Below are positions 45,190-55,018 of a DNA stretch of 64,000 nt, piece after piece. Source of the stretch: a virus; IMG/VR virus record IMGVR_UViG_3300007512_000001, positions 1 to 64,000 of that record; one strand, given 5' to 3'. The notes below the pieces were generated by a model, which saw nothing but the letters and a program-made list of their open reading frames with translations, searched no databases and had not been told where the DNA came from. The position numbers and the translations under genes were made by a program. Positions within the stretch are counted from its first letter, which is position 1; each line of letters starts with the position of its first letter.

Positions 45190-46235
45190 AAGTATTTAAT
45201 CTTGATAGACTTTGGAATGAAATAGGGTCTAATGTTAAGCAAGATATAGATTCAGTTTTGTCTACCGGAGTATGTCAGGGTGGAGATATAACTAAACAAG
45301 TCGAAAATAAAATATCTTTTTTAATTAATACAAAAAATACAACATTGTTCCATAGTTGTACAGACGCCCTTGTACAAGGTTTACGCAATCTAAATTTACC
45401 TAGCAATAGCGAAGTAATTGTTCCTGCTTATACGTTTATTGCAACAGCATCTAGCATTTTACTTGCGGGACTAAAACCCGTGTTTGTAGATGTTGGGGAT
45501 GATTATCATCTAGATTTAACTAAAGCAAAAGAAAAAATCACTAACAACACAAAGGTATTATTATATGTTACATTATGGGGAAGCCCCGCAAATAAACTAG
45601 TTGAAACGTTTTGTAATGATAATAACTTATTACTAGTCGAAGACGCGGCGCAAAGTCTAGGAGCACCATTAAGTAATTCTGCGTTTAGTGTGCTAAGTTT
45701 TAGTCCTACCAAGCCCTGTACTACATTAGGAAGCGGCGGCGCATTAGTTACTAATAGCGATAACTTTGCTAAGTTAGCAACTCTAGGAAGATTACACGGA
45801 AAAATAAACAATTCTACTCCTAGTGAAGTTTTAGGAATGAATAGCATGATTAGTACCACAGAATCTGTGGTATTAAATAACACGTTAGATTTATTAACAG
45901 AACATAAAAATAAAAGACGATATATTGCTAAACTATATACCACAGAAATAGGCAACAAGTATGAACTTCCTGTATATAAAGAAGATTGTACCTATAGTAA
46001 ATTTGTAATTAAGTGCGAAAGCAGAGATAAATTAATAAAACATCTTAAATCTAATGGTATATTAACACAAATACATTATAGTATTTTACCTATACAAGAA
46101 AAACTGTTCAATATTAATATAAAAGAATATAATAATAGTTTAAGTTTACAACAAACTAGTCTAACAATACCCAATTGTCCTTATATGACAAATAATGAAA
46201 TAGAAAGAGTTATACAATGTCTAAAAGAATTTTAA
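45177..46235 (+). CDS. DegT/DnrJ/EryC1/StrS PLP aminotransferase
   Basis: EVIVPAYTFIATAS, PVFVDV, VEDAAQSLG, SFSPTK (PLP Lys), GSGG. Confidence 0.92.
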   Translation: MDDVKVFNLDRLWNEIGSNVKQDIDSVLSTGVCQGGDITKQVENKISFLINTKNTTLFHSCTDALVQGLRNLNLPSNSEVIVPAYTFIATASSILLAGLKPVFVDVGDDYHLDLTKAKEKITNNTKVLLYVTLWGSPANKLVETFCNDNNLLLVEDAAQSLGAPLSNSAFSVLSFSPTKPCTTLGSGGALVTNSDNFAKLATLGRLHGKINNSTPSEVLGMNSMISTTESVVLNNTLDLLTEHKNKRRYIAKLYTTEIGNKYELPVYKEDCTYSKFVIKCESRDKLIKHLKSNGILTQIHYSILPIQEKLFNINIKEYNNSLSLQQTSLTIPNCPYMTNNEIERVIQCLKEF

Positions 46236-47212
46236 TATTAGGTGGCCACGGTTTTATTGGATCGCATACTAGCGACATACTACGTAAACAAGGTCACGAA
46301 ATAGCGGTAGTAGACTGTTACCACCAGTATTATATTTTTCCAGACGATGAATACTTTTGTATATTGCAACAACGACAAGAACTTGCTTGTGCTGATCATA
46401 TGTTTCAAGGAAAAATAGAAGATACAGAGTTTATGTCCGGTGTTTTTTCTACTTTTAAACCAAATATAGTAATACATCTAGCAACATATCCAAACGCTTA
46501 CATGGTAAAACGCAATGTTGTTGATGCTACCAACAATATGATTACAGCAACAGCAACAACACTAGATTTATGTACAGAATATAACGTAGAAAAGATTGTG
46601 TTTTCTAGCAGTAGTATGGTTTATGGTAATTTTGAAAGTGAAGCGCCAGATGAAACAAGCAAGACAGATCCTAAAACATTGTACGGGAGTTATAAACTAC
46701 AAGGCGAACGTATGTGCGAAATATGGCATAGAGAAAAAAGATTAAACTATGCTATACTTCGACCTAGTGCTTTGTATGGCACAAGAGATATGATAGTTAG
46801 AGTAATTAGTAAAATGGCAGAATCTGCGTTAACTACAGGAAAAATACATGTCCACGGCGCAGAAAATAAATTAGATTTTAGTTGGGTAGAAGATGTCGCT
46901 AGTGCATTTGCTGTCTGTGCTATAAATGAAAACACCACTAACGAAATTTTTAATTGCACCCGTGGTAATGGAAAAACTATTTTAGAAGCAGCCATGCGGG
47001 TACAAGAAAGATTAGGTGGAGATATGGAAATATTGCCACATGACAGTTTTTATCCTAATAGAGACACATTAAACAGCAACAAACTAAAAGAATATACAGA
47101 CTGGAATCCTACAATGGATATTGAGATAGGAATTCCTACTTATTTAAATTGGTTTTTAGAACAACCATTTGTTAAAACTCTTCCTCGGTATCAAGAGGTA
47201 ATGGGTTGCTAA
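46217..47212 (+). CDS. NAD-dependent epimerase/dehydratase (extended SDR)
   Basis: GGHGFIG, FSSSSMVYG, YGSYK, LRPSALYG, DFSWVEDVA. Confidence 0.93.
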   Translation: MSKRILILGGHGFIGSHTSDILRKQGHEIAVVDCYHQYYIFPDDEYFCILQQRQELACADHMFQGKIEDTEFMSGVFSTFKPNIVIHLATYPNAYMVKRNVVDATNNMITATATTLDLCTEYNVEKIVFSSSSMVYGNFESEAPDETSKTDPKTLYGSYKLQGERMCEIWHREKRLNYAILRPSALYGTRDMIVRVISKMAESALTTGKIHVHGAENKLDFSWVEDVASAFAVCAINENTTNEIFNCTRGNGKTILEAAMRVQERLGGDMEILPHDSFYPNRDTLNSNKLKEYTDWNPTMDIEIGIPTYLNWFLEQPFVKTLPRYQEVMGC

Positions 47213-50200
47213 TATTAGAATAACGTTCTTCGAAAAAGGCTTTTAACCATGGCCAATCATAACTGTTTAACAATGCGTTATAATCACCATTTTCTTGTTC
47301 GTAATACTCTAATGCATCATTTGCTCCTGCCAAGCACCATTCCGCGTTCTGCCCTTCTGCAATAGTACACCATACTTTAAGTCTATATGCAATTTCTGGT
47401 CTAGGATCACCTAAATCTACTTCACGTTTAAGTTTTAATACTTCTCTAAATGCACTTCTCCAAGTTACCCATGGATCTTCATTGAATCTACTAATACTAG
47501 CAACAATAGGAATAGTGTCGTGATTGCTACTTAAAGTAAAGTCTAATCCGGGCTTAGTATCTAAAGTTAACTGTCTATTATACATGTTAATATTCATAGC
47601 ACCATATTCTAATCCGTTAAGAGGATTACGACTGTGTAACATATAATGTTTTGTTTCTTCTAAATAATTAGGAACTAGGTCAAATTTAAAATCTGGCATC
47701 ACTTCTGTTTTTGCAAATACAGCATAAAACCATTCTGTTCTGCTAAGATTCGCGGCCGCTTGATATGCCTGTGTTCTACCATTCACGCCGCTACTTCTTA
47801 ATAGTGTATTTGTACAGTTGTTATTCTTATATACTTCTACTAAGTGATCCCAATTTTTATTGGCGTTTTTTTCTCCATTGGAAATAAACACAATATCTAG
47901 TGGTTTATCTTCGCATTTGAACCCCGAATGGCGCAATATATGCGGGTAGTCATATAATTGTGTTCGAAATTCCCTTTTACAGTCACGGGGTACTAAGGAC
48001 ACGCTACCACTCCTGTTAAAAACGTGAAGTTCTGGCGTTTTCCAGAAAGGAGGATCATAATCTATAGTCTTTTGATTGTTGTGTAAAATCCATCCATATA
48101 ATGTATCTAGTTCATGTATATTATTAACTATAGGCCAACTACAACGCGAAACATTAATATCTTTAACATAGTTAACTGTATCAAACCAACCCAATACTTT
48201 TAAATTACTAGATTGTTCTTTAAACTTTTTAACAGGTACATAAAAAGTGTCGCCTTCAAGTTGCTTATTACTAGGAAATACATGAAGCATGTCTTGTTGC
48301 CATGGCTCAGGTTCCCAGCCGAAGTCAAATGATGAATAATCACATATACTCCCGCATACCCATATATAATCTTCGTCTGTTCTTTCTACAATACGTGTTA
48401 ATGTTTCTAACCAATTACCAAAGAATCTTGCTTTATTATATTCTAGTAATGGCGCAAAATCTACGTTGTTACCAAAATCAACATACCATATTTCTCTATT
48501 GTCGTCGTACAATTGTACCTGTTGATCTTCTACAAAATTTAAATTATAAACATCTTCAATATTTTCTGCCCAGTCAAAGGTGCGAATAAAATCATCAGCA
48601 TTTACTAAAAACGTGTTACTCCACTTGTTCCACTTACTGCCAAATACATGTAGCATTCCATTTTGCCATGGTTCGCAATGCCAATCAAAGTTAAAACTGT
48701 CATAATTGTTCTCGCTCGAAATCGCCCAGAATCGCCCTGTATTGGATTTTTTAGCACACCGTAGTAGTGTATCACGTATATTCCCAAAGAACCGTGTCTT
48801 GACCATCTGTGGGTGTCTTAGAAGCAGTGATTTAAAGCGTTCTGCGCTATTTTCTCCTCCCTTGTCGATATAGAAGATATCCAGGGTGCTATTCGCTACT
48901 ACCTTCTGATCTCCCACAAAATTTAAGTGGGTATTGCCTTTTAAGTAGGCAGGAGCATTTACGTAGAATGTTTGGCTATGCTTTTGCCATTGAGACCCAA
49001 ACACGTGAACATAATCCATTTGGCTTGCGTCTGGGTGCCAACTAAAGTCAAACTCTTCATAATCCATTTCTGAATTCAACGCCCAAAAGCGTTCAGTAGG
49101 ATGATCGTTTATTAAATCCTCTAGTGTTGTTTCAATATTATAACGAGGCAATGTGTCGCTTTTACTTGTTACACGTTGGTCTGTTACATAGTTTATTTTT
49201 GGATTAGAATTATTGCCATTGTAGTAAAACGTCTTACTAGTCTTTTGCCATTGTGATCCAAACACATGTTTAAAGTCTTTTTGTGACTCTTCTGGATGCC
49301 AGCTAAAATCAAATGTGCTATAGTCTGTTTCACTATCTGTATGCCAATGTTCTGTAGTGGGCAATGCTTTTGCTCTTGGTTCATCAATATAATTTATTTT
49401 AGTCGCACCTTCTACTTCATATATAGGTCCACCATCTTCCTGCCATTGTGTACCAAAAACATATATGTATGGGGGATCATCTGGATCAGGCATCCAACTA
49501 AAATCAAAACTATCTTCGTCTATATTACTAGGAATAATCCAATCTTCTTTTTTAGGTAGTGGTCTAATAACCTGGTCGCTTACGTATTTCTTTGGTGCAC
49601 CTTCTTTTGTAGTATAACAAACATTGCTATTACGTTGCCATAATGAAGGAAATACATATGTGTAGTCGCCGTGCGAGGGATCAGGATGCCAACTAAAGTC
49701 AAACTCACTTGTGTCTATATTGTCTGGCAATTCCCAATTATCTAGACAGTTGGTACGTTTTGTTACTTGGTCGCTAATATACTTTTTAGGCGAATCGAGG
49801 GCAGTTACATAATATGTGCCGCCATCACGTTGCCATTGCGAAGGGAAAACATACGTGTAGTTACCATATGATGGGTCAGGATGCCAGCTAAAATCGAAAT
49901 TAGTATAGTCAGTATATTTGTTGAGACTCCAATTATCTTTATTTGGTATTCTTTTTGTTACCTGATCACTAACATACTTACGCGGTGCATTAGGACTTGT
50001 AACATAGTATGTACCGCCATCTCTTTGCCATTGTGAAGGAAACACATAAGTAAAATCTCCGTGTGATGGATCAGGATGCCAACTAAAGTCAAAGTTACTG
50101 TAGTCTGTATCTTCATGTAGTTTCCAACCGTGTTTAATATCGCTAGTATGTTTAATATTATCTGCAGACACAACACTAGTATCGGAACTAACAGGAACAT

Positions 50201-50846
50201 CTCTTATTGTTGTTTGGTCATTAGCGTACTTACGCGGTGCGCCGGGTTCTGTAATATAGTGTGTTCCACTATCACGTTGCCATTGCGAAGCGAAAACATA
50301 CGTGTAAGGTTTTTCAGCAGGATCGGGGTGCCAACTAAAGTCGAACTCAGTTGTGTCTACATTCGGTAGTTTCCAGTTATCCAAACAGTTTGTGCGTTTT
50401 GTTACCTGATCACTAACATACTTCTTAGGCGCGCCAGGCTCTGTAACATAGTACGTGCCACCATCTCTTTGCCACTGCGAAGGAAAGACGTATGTAAAAT
50501 CGTCATCCAAATTGTCAGGATGCCAACTGAAGTCGAAGTTACTGTAATCAGTATCGTCATTGAGAATCCAATTTCTTTTCGTAGATTCTCGTGGAACAAC
50601 ATTACTATTATGTAATTTTATTTGTTCTTCGGGATGTTGCTTATTGACTAATCTTATTCCGCCGTCACGTTGCCATTTGCTTGGGAAGATATGTACAAAC
50701 TCGGATTCCCATGGTACAGGAACCCAATTGAAATCAAACCCAGTACAATCAACACCATGATCAACGTACCAAAAATATCTCGTTTTGCATTTGGCGGCCG
50801 CCTCGTGAATGTCATCGATGTCATCCCTGCTTATTATGTCATACAT
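47172..50846 (-). CDS. 1224-aa protein: about 11-12 FDFSWHPD...VF.SQWQ repeats plus C-terminal GT-A-like domain
   Basis: repeats of about 65 aa; C-terminal DIVFISNGE...GVNG...AYQAAA...WFYAVFAK...WRSAFRE. Confidence 0.85.
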   Translation of the reverse strand: MYDIISRDDIDDIHEAAAKCKTRYFWYVDHGVDCTGFDFNWVPVPWESEFVHIFPSKWQRDGGIRLVNKQHPEEQIKLHNSNVVPRESTKRNWILNDDTDYSNFDFSWHPDNLDDDFTYVFPSQWQRDGGTYYVTEPGAPKKYVSDQVTKRTNCLDNWKLPNVDTTEFDFSWHPDPAEKPYTYVFASQWQRDSGTHYITEPGAPRKYANDQTTIRDVPVSSDTSVVSADNIKHTSDIKHGWKLHEDTDYSNFDFSWHPDPSHGDFTYVFPSQWQRDGGTYYVTSPNAPRKYVSDQVTKRIPNKDNWSLNKYTDYTNFDFSWHPDPSYGNYTYVFPSQWQRDGGTYYVTALDSPKKYISDQVTKRTNCLDNWELPDNIDTSEFDFSWHPDPSHGDYTYVFPSLWQRNSNVCYTTKEGAPKKYVSDQVIRPLPKKEDWIIPSNIDEDSFDFSWMPDPDDPPYIYVFGTQWQEDGGPIYEVEGATKINYIDEPRAKALPTTEHWHTDSETDYSTFDFSWHPEESQKDFKHVFGSQWQKTSKTFYYNGNNSNPKINYVTDQRVTSKSDTLPRYNIETTLEDLINDHPTERFWALNSEMDYEEFDFSWHPDASQMDYVHVFGSQWQKHSQTFYVNAPAYLKGNTHLNFVGDQKVVANSTLDIFYIDKGGENSAERFKSLLLRHPQMVKTRFFGNIRDTLLRCAKKSNTGRFWAISSENNYDSFNFDWHCEPWQNGMLHVFGSKWNKWSNTFLVNADDFIRTFDWAENIEDVYNLNFVEDQQVQLYDDNREIWYVDFGNNVDFAPLLEYNKARFFGNWLETLTRIVERTDEDYIWVCGSICDYSSFDFGWEPEPWQQDMLHVFPSNKQLEGDTFYVPVKKFKEQSSNLKVLGWFDTVNYVKDINVSRCSWPIVNNIHELDTLYGWILHNNQKTIDYDPPFWKTPELHVFNRSGSVSLVPRDCKREFRTQLYDYPHILRHSGFKCEDKPLDIVFISNGEKNANKNWDHLVEVYKNNNCTNTLLRSSGVNGRTQAYQAAANLSRTEWFYAVFAKTEVMPDFKFDLVPNYLEETKHYMLHSRNPLNGLEYGAMNINMYNRQLTLDTKPGLDFTLSSNHDTIPIVASISRFNEDPWVTWRSAFREVLKLKREVDLGDPRPEIAYRLKVWCTIAEGQNAEWCLAGANDALEYYEQENGDYNALLNSYDWPWLKAFFEERYSNISNPLPLDTEEEF
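48900..50570 (-). repeat. tandem approx. 195-nt coding repeats (boundaries approximate)
   Basis: recurrent GGATGCCAACTAAAGTC / TTGCCATTGCGAAG on the plus strand. Confidence 0.85.
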
Positions 50847-50894
50847 GTGGGAAATCTTACTGTATATAATATTTAATTTTGTTAATAGAATTTA

Positions 50895-51824
50895 CTACAA
50901 TTCTTGAATCAATAAATCTGAATTATGATAATTATGATAATCATCTACAATATAGTTTATTTTACCAAGCGGAATGCCACACATTCTAGGATCATATTCT
51001 AAGTTATATTGTTGCAACCATTTGTAAAATATTTTGTTTTTGCAAAAATCTACTGGCGTTTTGTTAGGATAAAGTACAAACATACCAGTATAATTATTTA
51101 AATATTGTATATCCCATTCAGTAGGATTATCATGATTTATAAATCCTGTTATGTAATCTTTGCCTAGTAAATCTACTTTTAGCCACACATTCCAATTATT
51201 ACTATCATCTGCCGCACTTAAACATTCTTCGGGTGTAATAGGACAATGAACACTTTCTGACAGATACATGTTTTCATTATATAAATGATACTGTATACTG
51301 AAATAATCTAAAATAGGAATACTTTGCAAATGGGGAGTTCTTGTATAACTATCTAAGTCATGAACTGCTTGGTTGATTTCTTGTATTCTGTTAATCCAAT
51401 TGGATGTATCCTCTTCTTTTTTAATCATTCCATTTTTTAATAAATCTCTTCCATGAGGTTCGCGAATACCATTAGTAAAATGCCTATGGAATGTGTTTAA
51501 ATATTGCTGTGCTTCTAATCCATTTTCTAAGAAAATATCATAACTTGGAAAATTATCTGAATCATATGGGAATATATGTGTATTTGTAATAGAGTTTAGG
51601 TATAACCCCGCGTCTCTAATAGAATCAATTGATTTTTTAACTATGTCTATAGACGGTGCTGGCTTCCACGAATTTGTTGGATATAGATAATTTAGCGTAT
51701 ATGCTTGGAAATTAGAGTTTATATATTTCCAATGTTCGAACCATTTGTTAACAAATGGATGATTCCGAAACTCAATAACTGCCAAAGAACGCCCTTGGCT
51801 AACTAGTTCAATCCTGTTCATCAA
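50895..51824 (-). CDS. hypothetical protein, paralogue of 57061..58167
   Basis: LNTFHRHF, INQAVHDLD, LGKD, WL..YNL..DP. Confidence 0.7.
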   Translation of the reverse strand: MMNRIELVSQGRSLAVIEFRNHPFVNKWFEHWKYINSNFQAYTLNYLYPTNSWKPAPSIDIVKKSIDSIRDAGLYLNSITNTHIFPYDSDNFPSYDIFLENGLEAQQYLNTFHRHFTNGIREPHGRDLLKNGMIKKEEDTSNWINRIQEINQAVHDLDSYTRTPHLQSIPILDYFSIQYHLYNENMYLSESVHCPITPEECLSAADDSNNWNVWLKVDLLGKDYITGFINHDNPTEWDIQYLNNYTGMFVLYPNKTPVDFCKNKIFYKWLQQYNLEYDPRMCGIPLGKINYIVDDYHNYHNSDLLIQEL

Positions 51825-51951
51825 ATGTTTTCCTAATCGAAAAACTATTTGATCGAATTTAATTATTAATTAATTGAAAATATTATTTGATTGAACTTGT
51901 TTATATTAATTTTATAGAAATTTTTATAGTATTAATTATATTTATATTATG

Positions 51952-52524
51952 TCATACATTTGCTAATTCAGGATAAAAAACTGTTTGTTGAAGATTAAAC
52001 GCTCGCCATATTTTTAAACAATATTCTTCTATGTCGCTTCTATTAAGCACATCTAAAATACCATCATAATTTAAGATTGCTTTTTTATAATATTCTAGAT
52101 CGCGTTTTGTGTATATACTGTTTAAATTTTTCTGTGCTATGGTATCATATAATATGAACTGGTATGGGCGAGTTGCTATAAGCGGTACCATGGTATCTGT
52201 AAAATCTTTAAGGTATTGGCATGCTGAACCAACAACTTGATATGGTATTTCTTGCGGAGATAAATCTGTTAATGGTCGATTTTTTGTGCCCACGCTATAC
52301 CCATCTTTATCAGCATTAAACATACTATAAGAGTTAGATATAATTTGGTCTCTAGGATTACGCACTAAAACTATTAGATGTTTTCCTTTTTCATCATATA
52401 ATTTTTTAGCGTAATCTGCTTCATGTCTAAATTCGCACTCATGCCCTTGGTTTTTAAAATAACTTTGCAAATAATGATTACCACTCCTTTTTGCGCCATA
52501 TATTACTATTGTATTTTTATCCAT
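51952..52524 (-). CDS. sulfotransferase-like P-loop protein
   Basis: IYGAKRSGNHYL (PSB-loop-like), LVRNPRDQIIS. Confidence 0.6.
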   Translation of the reverse strand: MDKNTIVIYGAKRSGNHYLQSYFKNQGHECEFRHEADYAKKLYDEKGKHLIVLVRNPRDQIISNSYSMFNADKDGYSVGTKNRPLTDLSPQEIPYQVVGSACQYLKDFTDTMVPLIATRPYQFILYDTIAQKNLNSIYTKRDLEYYKKAILNYDGILDVLNRSDIEEYCLKIWRAFNLQQTVFYPELANV

Positions 52525-52528
52525 TATA

Positions 52529-54196
52529 TTAAAACCTCACATGCCTACCCATGGTAACTGCACCGGCGGCAGTATATACAGGAATGCCATATTTTTTAGT
52601 AAATCTTATAGCATCGGCAACATCATTTACCATTGGCTCACCTCTAATATTTAAACTGGTATTTAATAACATTGGACAACCTGTATAGTATTCCCACATT
52701 TTAAGTAAATTTCTTACATTTGGATTATCATTTGGGCCTACTGTTTGCACTCTACTTGTTCCGTCTGCATGTACAATAGCCGGGAACTCTTTTGGCTTCT
52801 TACATTTGGCTACAAACTGCATATAAGGAGATGCTAATTTCCTTTTATTGCGATGTAGTATTACGCCATGTTTGTTTGCATAATCTGCTCTAGTTGCTGT
52901 TTCAAACAATAAAGTATCTGGCATATCAAAATACTCATGTGCTCTTTCTTCTAATATCATTGGCGCAAATGGACGAAACTTTTGTCTGCGTTTTATTTCA
53001 TTTACTTTATCTTTAATATCATCACCGCGTGGATCTGCTAATAAACTTCTATTGCCTAATGCTCTTGGACCAAACTCTGCTTTACCGTTAGCAACACCCA
53101 CGATGTTTCCTTCTAACAACTCTTTTATAATCTCTGCTTCTGGATATTGGCCACTAATATCATAGCCGAGATATGGATGCTCCCAATTTAATTTTTTACC
53201 ATATGTTAATGCGGCGGCACCTAAACTGCTACCAGCATCTCCTGGATTAGGCATAATCCAAATATTATTCCAGTTATTTGCTACTTTTGTATTTGCAACG
53301 CAATTTAATGCAACGCCGCCCATATAAACTAAATTTGTAGATTTGCAATGTTTTTTAGCGTGAGTCATAATATGGCCTACCATAAACTCTAAAACTTGTT
53401 GCGAAGATGCCGCAATGTCATAATTATCTTGATCTTCCATTTCTGCCAAGTAATTGGCCGCGAGCCGTGCGCCGTACCGAAGTTCATTACTTCGCCAATT
53501 TGTACCAGCGTGTAAGTTCTCTTTTAGTTTAAAAACTATTTTATTTAAGTTATTTGTTTCCCAAAAGGTATCAATTAAGTCTCGCGAATATATTGGAAAT
53601 CCATATGCGGCCATTCCCATTAAAATGTATTCTTCATCTAGTGGGCGTAGGCCTACGCGATCAGTCATAGCACTATAAAACAAACCAATACTATTTGGAT
53701 ATTTTGCACCCCAAACTTTTTCGTATTTTGCATAACCATTGTGATTGTATTGTGCATTCCATATTGTAATAGTATCCCATTCTCCTATCGCGTCAATAAC
53801 TACTATAGTTGCATCATTAAATGGACTTGTTTGAAAGCCCGCGGCGGCATGGGATAAATGGTGATTATGATAATTAAAATGTTTGGTAAAATTCCAACTT
53901 AATTCAGTTTGCTTAACAAGCATTTTTTTAATGGAAAGATTTTTTAAACTTAATGCATCTTTCCATTGTCCGGAATATGCTTGGCGAGTTTTTTTAATCC
54001 ATGGATTTTCGTAATACGAAACAACTTCGGGAAATCCATGTTTAAGTGCGTCAATTATTAATTCATAATTTAAGTTATTGTCGTGTTTTTGCTTACTATA
54101 TCTTTCCGCGTGTCCAGCAAAAAGTATATTTCCAGAATCGTCTATTAAACTGGCGGCAGCGTCATGAAACCCGCAACTTATTCCTAATATTTTCAT
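52529..54196 (-). CDS. NodU/CmcH/TobZ carbamoyltransferase
   Basis: GFHDAAA, HHLSHAAA, IDAIGE, YILMGMAAYG, GGVALNC, GDAG, EFGPRALGNRS, RPFAP, LLNTSLN. Confidence 0.95.
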   Translation of the reverse strand: MKILGISCGFHDAAASLIDDSGNILFAGHAERYSKQKHDNNLNYELIIDALKHGFPEVVSYYENPWIKKTRQAYSGQWKDALSLKNLSIKKMLVKQTELSWNFTKHFNYHNHHLSHAAAGFQTSPFNDATIVVIDAIGEWDTITIWNAQYNHNGYAKYEKVWGAKYPNSIGLFYSAMTDRVGLRPLDEEYILMGMAAYGFPIYSRDLIDTFWETNNLNKIVFKLKENLHAGTNWRSNELRYGARLAANYLAEMEDQDNYDIAASSQQVLEFMVGHIMTHAKKHCKSTNLVYMGGVALNCVANTKVANNWNNIWIMPNPGDAGSSLGAAALTYGKKLNWEHPYLGYDISGQYPEAEIIKELLEGNIVGVANGKAEFGPRALGNRSLLADPRGDDIKDKVNEIKRRQKFRPFAPMILEERAHEYFDMPDTLLFETATRADYANKHGVILHRNKRKLASPYMQFVAKCKKPKEFPAIVHADGTSRVQTVGPNDNPNVRNLLKMWEYYTGCPMLLNTSLNIRGEPMVNDVADAIRFTKKYGIPVYTAAGAVTMGRHVRF

Positions 54197-54821
54197 AGAT
54201 AATCTCTGCTATTTCAGCATGTGCCAATTTTCCTGGATGGCCTTTAGGACCGTGATCCATACCATACACCCAATTAACTATTGCTTGGTTTGGCCACCCT
54301 ATAAAATACTTATCGTCAACTAGGTCTTTAAACTCAGAATTACATTGTGGTATTACTTTTTCATTATCAAAAGCATTAAGCATCAAATAAGGTATACGTC
54401 TAGACTCGAAAAAATCCTGTAATTCTCTTATTTGTACAAAAAAATTATCTAATAGATAATTTTTTTCATTCTCTCCTAACACAATATTCTTTGGTATAGT
54501 TTCGTTTGGCCCCAATCGAATATACGAAGTCCATTGTATTACAGCACATTCTATTTCAGTTACTGAATTCAATGATTTCCTTTTACCAGTATTAAAAACA
54601 GATAGTCTGGCCAAATCGTTAAAAAAGTTTTTGGTAGTTTCTACTATACGATTATTTGCGGCACCGGAACGTGCAAAATTAACTACTTGAAGTCTAGTTA
54701 TTTCACCCAACTTGGCTGGCCAACATTCAGAAAACGGATGTTCTAACTCATCCCCAAACGTAAAACTATCACCGTTTGTGAATATTATTTTTTCTTGACT
54801 AATATCCATAGGTAAAAGCAC
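54162..54821 (-). CDS. SGNH/GDSL hydrolase-like protein
   Basis: NGDSFTFG, NFARSGAAN, HPGKLAH. Confidence 0.7.
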   Translation of the reverse strand: MLLPMDISQEKIIFTNGDSFTFGDELEHPFSECWPAKLGEITRLQVVNFARSGAANNRIVETTKNFFNDLARLSVFNTGKRKSLNSVTEIECAVIQWTSYIRLGPNETIPKNIVLGENEKNYLLDNFFVQIRELQDFFESRRIPYLMLNAFDNEKVIPQCNSEFKDLVDDKYFIGWPNQAIVNWVYGMDHGPKGHPGKLAHAEIAEIIYENIRNKLRVS

Positions 54822-55018
54822 CCGCCGTCGTCGCTTTGTTCTATTTTTCTTACTAGTGGGCTACATTCGATCCACTGTGGGAATTCTTGGCAAATACTTC
54901 CTTTGCCTGTAATTATTTTTATTTTTTTAATTCTTTCTTCATGGCATTCTTTAATAGTAGCAATAATGTCATCATATGCTTCTTGTATGGAATAGCCGTG
55001 GTAGTCGATTACTATCAT
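54785..55018 (-). CDS. stand-alone Smr/MutS2 domain protein
   Basis: IDYHGYSIQEA, IKIITGKG, DGGCF. Confidence 0.8.
   Translation of the reverse strand: MIVIDYHGYSIQEAYDDIIATIKECHEERIKKIKIITGKGSICQEFPQWIECSPLVRKIEQSDDGGCFYLWILVKKK

Noticed and set aside
47172-47212. Functional meaning for the 41-nt convergent overlap of the epimerase and the repeat protein
   Set aside because: Short tail overlaps at convergent gene blocks are common in compact phage genomes.
47900-50780. CRISPR array or DGR template/variable repeats
   Set aside because: The repeats are in-frame, diverged coding units with no constant repeat/unique spacer pattern, and no cas or reverse transcriptase is in the window.
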